64,000 nt of DNA from Eledone cirrhosa. Its lineage: Eukaryota. The first letter of the stretch is position 1. Each line of letters begins with the position of its first letter. Under the pieces are notes generated by a model. It made no database searches, was not told where the DNA came from, and saw nothing but the letters and a program-made list of their open reading frames with translations. Below, piece after piece: positions 55,186-64,000 of this stretch. Location: NCBI GenBank assembly GCA_964016885.1, contig OZ024747.1, positions 76,136,001 through 76,200,000 of the forward strand, in the 5' to 3' direction. Both the position numbers and the translations under genes were made by a program.

Positions 55186-55360
55186 AAAGTCTAAAGTCTG
55201 TTTTAAGCCAGAAGGCACATTTGGCCGGGGCTTATCTCGGTTTCATGGCGTGAAGAGACAGAGAGTACAAGACTCTTCCCTGGACAGGACGCCAGTCTAT
55301 GGCAGGGTTAAACCGCCAGCTATTGCTGGTACTCATTTTCAGCTGAGTATACTGGAGCAT
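55186..55360 (-). mobile_element. SINE body/3' part (Meta-domain-like); second copy at ~50760-50930 on +
   Basis: Minus strand CTCAGCTGAAAATGAGTACCAGC...AACCCTGCCATAGACTGGCGTCCTGTCCAGGG matches TTTAACCTGCGATGGACTGGCGTCTTGTCCAGG at ~50800. The family name is from recall only. Confidence 0.65.
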
Positions 55361-55425
55361 AAGTAAAACGGAGTATAAGTATCAAAATGAAAATCCGAAG
55401 GCAAGGTAAAATTCCAATCATTTAA

Positions 55426-55499
55426 TCACGACACATGTTTCAATAAGAGATAGATCGATTGTGAAGCCATGATCGATTATCACTGACCTCATCAGGTGA
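55426..55499 (-). ncRNA. Type I hammerhead motif (left arm of palindrome)
   Basis: Minus strand: TCAC-CTGATGA-(long stem II with ATCGAT/ATCGAT)-GAAAC-ATGT-GTC-GTGA. Confidence 0.7.
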
Positions 55500-55635
55500 A
55501 AATGAATTGTCTTCAAGTTCTTGATATGAGGGAGAAAAAATAACGATGTTCTCTCACAGAATTCATTCCCTCATATGAATTCTGTGATAGAACATCGTTA
55601 TTTTTTCTCCCTCATATCAAGAAGACAATTCATTT

Positions 55636-55709
55636 TCACCTGATGAGATCAGTGATAATCGATCATGGCTTCACAATCGATCTATCTCTTATTGAAACAT
55701 GTGTCGTGA
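55636..55709 (+). ncRNA. Type I hammerhead motif (right arm of palindrome)
   Basis: TCAC-CTGATGA...GAAAC-ATGT-GTC-GTGA, with canonical GUC triplet at 55703-55705. Confidence 0.7.
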
Positions 55710-55750
55710 TTAAATGATTGGAATTTTACCTTGCCTTTGGATTTTCATTT

Positions 55751-55822
<72 letters not shown>

Positions 55823-56066
55823 TGTATATATAAATATATATAGTGGTGGAACACTGGAAGGTAATATCCGTAGTGGTAGAGCACTCAGTCTAAGGGACGA
55901 GTTAGGTAGAAGAGTAATTTGTAATTTTATTTTCAACCTAAAAACTTTTCGGACTTTCGCAGTTATCTCCCTTACACCTCTCGCACGCAGTCCTAGTATT
56001 GCCTGTGTGAAGTGACCGGGTTTCTGCGCGTTCGTACGGTTGTCCTTCCTCTTCCTATAACCATGC

Positions 56067-56116
56067 CCATTCCGAGCTGAAGATCCGCTAAGGTGAATCA
56101 ATTGTTCTCGGTATGG
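56067..56116 (+). ncRNA. Degenerate hammerhead (GAAAC changed to GAATC) in a TA-flanked element at 55842-56122
   Basis: CCATTCCGAG-CTGAAGA-TCCGCTAAGGT-GAATC-AATT-GTT-CTCGGTATGG. The homologous copy at 29856-29894 keeps CTGAGGA...GAAAC-AATT-GTT. Confidence 0.6.
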
Positions 56117-56118
56117 TG

Positions 56119-56185
<67 letters not shown>

Positions 56186-56326
56186 GTATAAATGGAAAAA
56201 AATGAAATTTCATTTCTCACTCTTAGTACGGCTGATACTTAAAAATAAGTATGTAGACGTACATACATATATGTATACAGACGTACAGTAGTATATATAT
56301 GTACGTATGGGTTTACCGAACATTTA

Positions 56327-57052
<726 letters not shown>

Positions 57053-57260
57053 TATATATATATATATATATAGATAATTTAATATATCAACTAACATAAG
57101 CGCACAGATGCACGCCCATGCCAGCAAATACACAGGTTATGTCATAGTACCTAGGTGGTTCAATGCAGGAGAATGCAGAACAATAATATAAAGGACGTAA
57201 AATAAGAAAATATTTTTTTTTTAAAAATTTAAAAAACATTTTTTTCTTACTTAAATTTTC

Positions 57261-57342
57261 ACTCCAACTAATTAGTTTCTGCAATGGGATAAAGACAGTT
57301 ACGTAATCCAACTGTCGAGAATTCATTGCGTCATCAGGAAGT
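57261..57342 (-). ncRNA. Type I hammerhead ribozyme (array copy, inverted arm)
   Basis: Reverse complement of the 58027-58108 motif. Confidence 0.85.
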
Positions 57343-57823
57343 CTATTCTCAGTTAAGTCTCCAGGCAATGCGCGGACACTGGCGGCTCATATAAAAATAA
57401 TAATAATTCGGTAGATCGAACAGCTTGCGAGGACTGGATTCTATGTACCGAAATTCTCACTGCTTCAAGTCAAATGGCCGATTCTAAAGAATCAATCACG
57501 TGACACAGAGGCTAGTTAGAAGGAATGGGATGGTAAGATGACTGACGCCTACTAACACCCCAAAAAAAATTTTTTTTTTTTAGAAGTGGTTTTGACAAGT
57601 TTGCTCGACAAATCAGTGATTTGGAGATAAATATAGATAATTTAATATATCAACTAACATAAGCGCACAGATGCACGCCCATGCCAGCAAATACACAGGT
57701 TATGTCATAGTACCTAGGTGGTTCAATGCAGGAGAATGCAGAACAATAATATAAAGGACGTAAAATAAGAAAATATTTTTTTTTTTTAAATTTAAAAAAA
57801 ATTTTTTTCTTACTTAAATTTTC

Positions 57824-57905
57824 ACTCCAACTAATTAGTTTCTGCAATGGGATAAAGACAGTTACGTAATCCAACTGTCGAGAATTCATTGCGTCATCAG
57901 GAAGT
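57824..57905 (-). ncRNA. Type I hammerhead ribozyme (array copy, inverted arm)
   Basis: Reverse complement of the 58027-58108 motif. Confidence 0.85.
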
Positions 57906-58026
57906 CTATTCTCAGTTAAGTCTCCAGGCAATGCGCGGACACTGGCTGTTCGATCTACCAAATTATTATTATTTTTATATGAGCCGCCAGTGTCCGCGCA
58001 TTGCCTGGAGACTTAACTGAGAATAG

Positions 58027-58108
58027 ACTTCCTGATGACGCAATGAATTCTCGACAGTTGGATTACGTAACTGTCTTTATCCCATTGCAGAAACTAATTA
58101 GTTGGAGT
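58027..58108 (+). ncRNA. Type I hammerhead ribozyme (array copy)
   Basis: ACTTC-CTGATGA-c-GCAATG...GACAGTT/AACTGTC...CATTGC-a-GAAAC-TAATTA-GTT-GGAGT. Stem I is ACTTC/GGAGT, and cleavage is predicted after GUU at 58103. Confidence 0.85.
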
Positions 58109-58586
58109 GAAAATTTAAGTAAGAAAAAAATTTTTTTTAAATTTTTTTTAAAAAAAATATTTTCTTATTTTACGTCCTTTATATTATTGTTCTGCATTCT
58201 CCTGCATTGAACCACCTAGGTACTATGACATAACCTGTGTATTTGCTGGCATGGGCGGGCATCTGTGCGCTTATGTTAGTTGATATATTAAATTATCTAT
58301 ATTTATCTCCAAATCACTGATTTGTCGAGCAAACTTGTCAAAACCACTTCTAAAAAAAATTTTTTTTGGGGTGTTAGTAGGCGTCAGTCATCTTACCATC
58401 CCATTCCTTCTAACTTGCCTCTGTGTCACGTGATTGATTCTTTAGAATCGGCCATTTGACTTGAAGCAGTGAGAATTTCGGTACATAGAATCCAGTCCTC
58501 GCAAGCTGTTCGATCTACCGAATTATTATTATTTTTATATGAGCCGCCAGTGTCCGCGCATTGCCTGGAGACTTAACTGAGAATAG

Positions 58587-58668
58587 ACTTCCTGATGACG
58601 CAATGAATTCTCGACAGTTGGATTACGTAACTGTCTTTATCCCATTGCAGAAACTAATTAGTTGGAGT
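58587..58668 (+). ncRNA. Type I hammerhead ribozyme (array copy)
   Basis: Identical to 58027-58108, offset +560. Confidence 0.85.
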
Positions 58669-59146
58669 GAAAATTTAAGTAAGAAAAAAATTTTTTTTAA
58701 ATTTTTTTTAAAAAAATATTTTCTTATTTTACGTCCTTTATATTATTGTTCTGCATTCTCCTGCATTGAACCACCTAGGTACTATGACATAACCTGTGTA
58801 TTTGCTGGCATGGGCGTGCATCTGTGCGCTTATGTTAGTTGATATATTAAATTATCTATATTTATCTCCAAATCACTGATTTGTCGAGCAAACTTGTCAA
58901 AACCACTTCTAAAAAAAAATTTTTTTTGGGGTGTTAGTAGGCGTCAGTCATCTTACCATCCCATTCCTTCTAACTAGCCTCTGTGTCACGTGATTGATTC
59001 TTTAGAATCGGCCATTTGACTTGAAGCAGTGAGAATTTCGGTACATAGAATCCAGTCCTCGCAAGCTGTTCGATCTACCGAATTATTATTATTTTTATAT
59101 GAGCCGCCAGTGTCCGCGCATTGCCTGGAGACTTAACTGAGAATAG

Positions 59147-59228
59147 ACTTCCTGATGACGCAATGAATTCTCGACAGTTGGATTACGTAACTGTCTTTAT
59201 CCCATTGCAGAAACTAATTAGTTGGAGT
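59147..59228 (+). ncRNA. Type I hammerhead ribozyme (array copy)
   Basis: Identical to 58027-58108, offset +1120. Confidence 0.85.
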
Positions 59229-59437
59229 GAAAATTTAAGTAAGAAAAAAATTTTTTTTAAATTTTTTTTAAAAAAATATTTTCTTATTTTACGTCCTTTA
59301 TATATATATATATATATATAAAATGATTCCAGTTCCTCAGTGAAATAACAACCCAACCAGGAACTGGGCATATCAGAGTATTGACAAAATTATACACCTC
59401 AACAACATATGTACTTGTCTATACCACACTAATTCAG

Positions 59438-59492
59438 ACTGCCTGAAGAGGTCGCAGCCAAAGATGGCTGTCACCGAAATATATATAGCAGT
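59438..59492 (+). ncRNA. Minimal type I hammerhead ribozyme in a TA-flanked element (~59320-59640)
   Basis: ACTGC-CTGAAGA-GGTCG-CAGCCA-AAGA-TGGCTG-TCACC-GAAAT-ATAT-ATA-GCAGT-AATAAA. Same architecture as 665-720. Confidence 0.8.
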
Positions 59493-59967
59493 AATAAACG
59501 AAGCTAAATTTTAAACATTTGACTTATTTATTTTACTTTATTTTACATTACTCCGGAGTAACCAAACGAACCTGCGCACTTCGTCGAGTGCTCCAGCCTG
59601 CATACTGAGGTGTTGGTATATATCCAATATATACTCAATATATATATATAATATTCTTATATGCAGTGAGCGGAGGTGTATCTTTGATTTGTGAACATCT
59701 TGAGAGATAACTAGAAATTTCCTGAGCACAGGAACTAAAAATATGTTGGTGTGTGTTAGTTAATTGTACTTGACTAATAGTTACCGTATCGACTCCAAAA
59801 AGATTCAAGGCAAATGCGGCTTGGTGATAGAACGATAACGAAACTAAATACCACAAGACATTTCATTCAACTCTCTCATGATTCCGCGATTCCCTAAGAT
59901 AAAGATATATACCATCAAATAAGTAAAGCATCTCGTTAAATAGAGGAAGACTTGATATCGTATACGA

Positions 59968-60188
59968 CAGGCATGTCAAACTGAGAGTCCCCCGAGTGCC
60001 ACATGGGTCAGATATATGTTGTCTGAGGGCCGCACACGACAACTAATTCGCACATTACAATAATTTGTTTTGTAAATTTTATATTACGAAGATAAAACAT
60101 GCACGCGCTGTAAAAACCTTTGTGCGAGCCGCAGGTGTGCTTGTAAAAGCCTGCATGCATCCCGCGGACCACATATTTGACATGCCTG
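59968..60188. mobile_element. hAT-superfamily MITE
   Basis: TIR CAGGCATGTCAAA / TTTGACATGCCTG, with 8-bp TSD GTATACGA / ATATACGA (1 mismatch). Confidence 0.88.
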
Positions 60189-62558
60189 ATATACGATGCT
60201 TTGTTTAATGCTTTTAAGTGCTCAGGTAATCACGAATAGGCAGCTACACATTCTCTGTCCTCCCAATACCTATCTAGTATAACATCCAGAAGGTAAAAGC
60301 TAGGCGGGAGAGCTCCATCGGTACTCGACTGGTGCTTTTTTTATCCTCACTAAATGATGAAGTTGACTTCAGCAGGATGGTAACTCGGAACGCAACAAAT
60401 TAGTAAAAAATACGACCACGCACATTCTCCCCCGTGGATATATCAATCGATCACATTTGTGTTTGGTATCGTAGTAAGCAATTTAATATAGAGAGTGATC
60501 ACTTGTGTAAGTCAAAGAATTTATATTGGAAAAGAATTAAATAGTGTTAACGCTACAGCATAGATGAGAGAGTCTAGCCTTGTTTGTGAAGTTAATTTCA
60601 TTCAAATGGAAATCAACACCAGTTCATCATAGGATAATAATTTCACAAAATTGTTGAAATATTTAAATGAAAACAATTTAACGTCCATACATTTCATTTT
60701 AAACATTTCGCTTTTTGAAGATGGTAATTAGCATTCAATTATGGGGAATATTAGAAAAAAGCTTTAAAACCTACTTAGCTGCAAATACTTTCATGTCAGT
60801 TGGCCATCCGCATAAAAAGAATATGTAAGACTAATTGATAAACTATAAAGCACACTAAACTCTTTAACTAGTCGATGTGTGGCATCACCATATCACAATC
60901 TCCCCTTCCGATATTATTACAATTATTACAACTGGTCAATGACATATCTCGATATAGTTTTTATGATATCTTTTAGTCATGAAGGACAGCCAGTCACCTT
61001 TATTGCTAGAATACAATTACATAAAAATTGATTGTGTAATATCTAAGAAAAAAAGGAAATTTTAAAAGGAATAGAAAATGAAGAACAAAGGAAATGAAAA
61101 AAAAAATATGAAAAAGCAGAAAGGATCAAACAGTGAAAAAAAGGTAAAGAGGAGGGACAGAAACTACACCTCAATGTGAGTGATGCCTCAGTCGTGCCCT
61201 GTGGCCAAAATGGCAAAGGCGTTACCCCAGAATATGGTCAGAGAAAACCACAGCAACACCCACCTCACCAACACACATGGGTCCCTCATTAATCAGGCCA
61301 CCGTAATTCCAATCAGCTAGCATACATCCATCAGCATCAGCGTAATCAGCATGAATGTGCTGAAAAATGCTACAAGTACTAGTTCCTAAACAAAAGGTAA
61401 CTAAGCGTGGTTAAACATTTCTATACATAGCCACGATGTGTTGGGTCCAAGTAGACAAACAGACAAAGACGAAAAATAATAGACAGATAGATCGATAGCT
61501 AGATCACAAAACAGTTTATCTGAGGTATTGTTTCTATCCTAATCAATTCATTCTCTCTATTTGATACCAAATTTTATCTACTATCACATTAGTCAATACA
61601 AAAACAAATTAACCCGGTATTACATAACTTATATATCTTTAGAATAATTTTAACATAAATAAAACATAAATTTAAAAAAATCCGCTCCATTTTATATCAT
61701 AATATATCGTATTATATCATAAAACATTATAACCATTTTAGTACACCCACATGCTATTTATGCTGAGACTGATACGACAATAATTAGGCTGTTCATACAC
61801 TAGTAGTCACTCAAGACAGATTTTTCTCTTGAATATCAATTATTGATAAGTAACGGACTCTATTCCATTCGATTGCTATTCATTCATATTCACTACATCT
61901 AATTTGATACAATATGATAACTGATGTCTAGTCTGATCTTGTCTTTTTTTATATCATTTTATATTATTATTCGCGTCTTGATCTAATTTGATAAAAAGAA
62001 TTCTAGTAATTGCACAGTTTCAGTTATTTTGCTATCTGACACTTCAAATATATTATATGACAGATTTCAATTGAAATGCAATTTCCTTGTCTATTTTACA
62101 CTGTTTCTTATTTAATTTACTGTCGTTCGCGATAATTTCTAATAATATTCCATTTGATATAATATCACACCACCCGAAACTATACGTAGCCATTATAATG
62201 CGTATTTATATGCACTCGTATGTATGCTTGCATTCTATAAATTTTTGTCTAACATATTAAGCCATCCAATCTCTTGACAGGAAGAAACCGTTCACATATA
62301 TTTACATTTTCTCTTTTATATGAATTATTATAAAATTACTTTTAACTCTCCGAAATATTGCATTCTATCAATACCTCATTTCAATTTATTTATTCTTTGG
62401 AATATCTACAAGTAGCTAACTTTTTCGTGTATTTAGTTAACATTGTTATGTTCGAACATACAGCGGTTCATCATTTTATCCATTATCTTCTCATGCAAAG
62501 TCAACAACACTGAGTTTCCTTTCACATACGTTTAATTGTTATATTATTTTACGATAAA

Positions 62559-62744
62559 GGCGGTGGATTGGCAGTATCGGTAAAGGGTCAGAAGTCATGC
62601 TTTGACGTATAGAGTTACGGCCCTTGCTATTCTGAGTGCAAATCCCGCCGAGGTTAACTTTGCCTTTCATCCTTGCGGGGTCGATAAAATAAAGTACCAG
62701 TAATGCACTGGGTAATTGCTGGCCTTGTGCCAAACGTAGAAACA
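62559..62744 (+). mobile_element. tRNA-derived SINE, same family, 16-bp TSD
   Basis: TSD ATTATTTTACGATAAA at 62543 and 62745. Confidence 0.88.
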
Positions 62745-63218
62745 ATTATTTTACGATAAACCAGTTGGTTATAAATTCTTGTTTAATAAAAGGTCAACTC
62801 TGTCCACGAAGACGTATAGTCGAGGACATTCAAAATGAGATCATCCATATTTTCCTTACGAACACTGCATCGACACTAAAATCCTACCTACGGCATTCAA
62901 GAAAAGTTCAAACAAATAATTCTGTAAAACATTCAGATATAAATTGAATGTGGAAGGATATTTCACTGCTATTTTTAGCATATTAAGGAACTAAGCAAAG
63001 CATTTGCTCTTATTGTTGTTATCTATCCCAACGTAGACACCGAGTAACGAATGCTACATAATTACACAGATACAGTATGTCGGAAACTACATTATCTTAA
63101 AGACAGGGTGTATATCTGACTGAATTACAAATTCAATTCATTTTTAACAGCTGACTGTACTGAGGAGACGTGAAATAATCTATAAACGTCTTACAAAGAA
63201 TCGTAATCGTTACCATAG

Positions 63219-63291
<73 letters not shown>

Positions 63292-63316
63292 CATTTGTAC
63301 ACACACAGACACACAA

Positions 63317-63374
<58 letters not shown>

Positions 63375-63394
63375 GAATGTATTTTGTGTATATA

Positions 63395-63444
<50 letters not shown>

Positions 63445-64000
63445 AAACGTATATTTATAAAACGTATTGAAGTAGATTTAATTAGAAACTAAAACATCAA
63501 ATCCACTGGCCTGTTTCAGTCAGGCATTTATCGCCCACCAGGTGAATACATTACAGATAACACAACATTCTCAAATGAGGTGTATATCTTTATCTGCTTG
63601 CTTTGCAGTGAACTTTTAATCTTCACAGTATTCCGTCTATTTCACAAGAAATTCTCCAGCTACTTGGCACTCATATTTACATCTATTACTGTTCTACAAA
63701 GCAAATTATCACGTTTGTTATCGATACATTCATCAAGATGTAACCCTTAATATTCAAAATAAAGAAAACGTTATTGGTTATTGGGGAAATACTATAGATA
63801 TTGATTTCTAATTTCGATACAATGCCAGCAAATTTGAGGGAATGTCAAAGTTGATTAAATCAAACTCAGTTTTTAACTGCTACGGTATGTTATTATGCAG
63901 TCGGCTTTCATTGATAGCGGACGGATGAAAGCCTACGTTGAACATGGCGGGATTTGATCTCAAAATATATTTTTAAAAAACACAGGACAAATACTGGAAT

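Larger units (their letters stand above)
55380..55755. repeat. ~375-bp fold-back palindrome carrying two outward-facing hammerheads, adjacent to (TA)n
   Basis: Arms run TATCAAAATGAAAATCC... / ...GGATTTTCATTTTGATA, with the centre at ~55566-55575. A fragment of the same family lies at ~30060-30120. Confidence 0.9.
57068..59300. mobile_element. Tandem array of a ~560-bp non-coding, hammerhead-carrying unit (retrozyme-like): ~1.6 copies on minus, then ~2.4 copies on plus
   Basis: Near-identical units with period 563 on the minus arm (57068-57946) and 560 on the plus arm (57945-59300). The inversion junction is at 57945-57946, and both ends merge into (TA)n. Each unit carries one HHR. Confidence 0.9.

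Noticed and set aside
57087-59321. Repeated 66-103-aa ORFs (MPGDLTENRLPDD...)
   Set aside because: They mostly start at TTG/alternative codons, run through poly(A)/poly(T) tracts, shift frame between copies, and are not preserved in the diverged sister unit. Conservation is at the RNA-structure level.

Overview
AT-rich animal non-coding DNA packed with (TA)n, (CA)n and (GATA)n microsatellites. The SINE and repeat content suggests a coleoid cephalopod (octopus-like), which is an inference. I find no convincing host gene. The only large coding features are two tandem Tx1-clade LINE copies on the minus strand (39.5-46.1 kb), both sitting in (GATA)n tracts. The most notable signal is non-coding. 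About 14 type I hammerhead-ribozyme (HHR) motifs from several families occur in short non-coding elements inserted into (TA)n tracts. These elements often form fold-back palindromes or slightly-longer-than-unit repeats. The clearest case is a ~560-bp HHR-carrying unit at 57.07-59.30 kb, arranged as a tandem array with an internal inversion. A diverged 543-bp relative lies next to it (56.44-57.05 kb), with compensatory base changes in the ribozyme stems, and a more distant ~680-bp relative lies at 2.77-3.48 kb. This looks like a retrozyme-like (self-cleaving, possibly circular-RNA) element system mobilised by Penelope-like elements, whose decayed RT and GIY-YIG remnants also appear to be present. 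Also present are tRNA-derived SINEs, RTE 3' ends, a non-autonomous Helitron, hAT and mariner MITEs, and a 1-kb CTCCA minisatellite. All motif calls were made by eye, with no folding or database searches.
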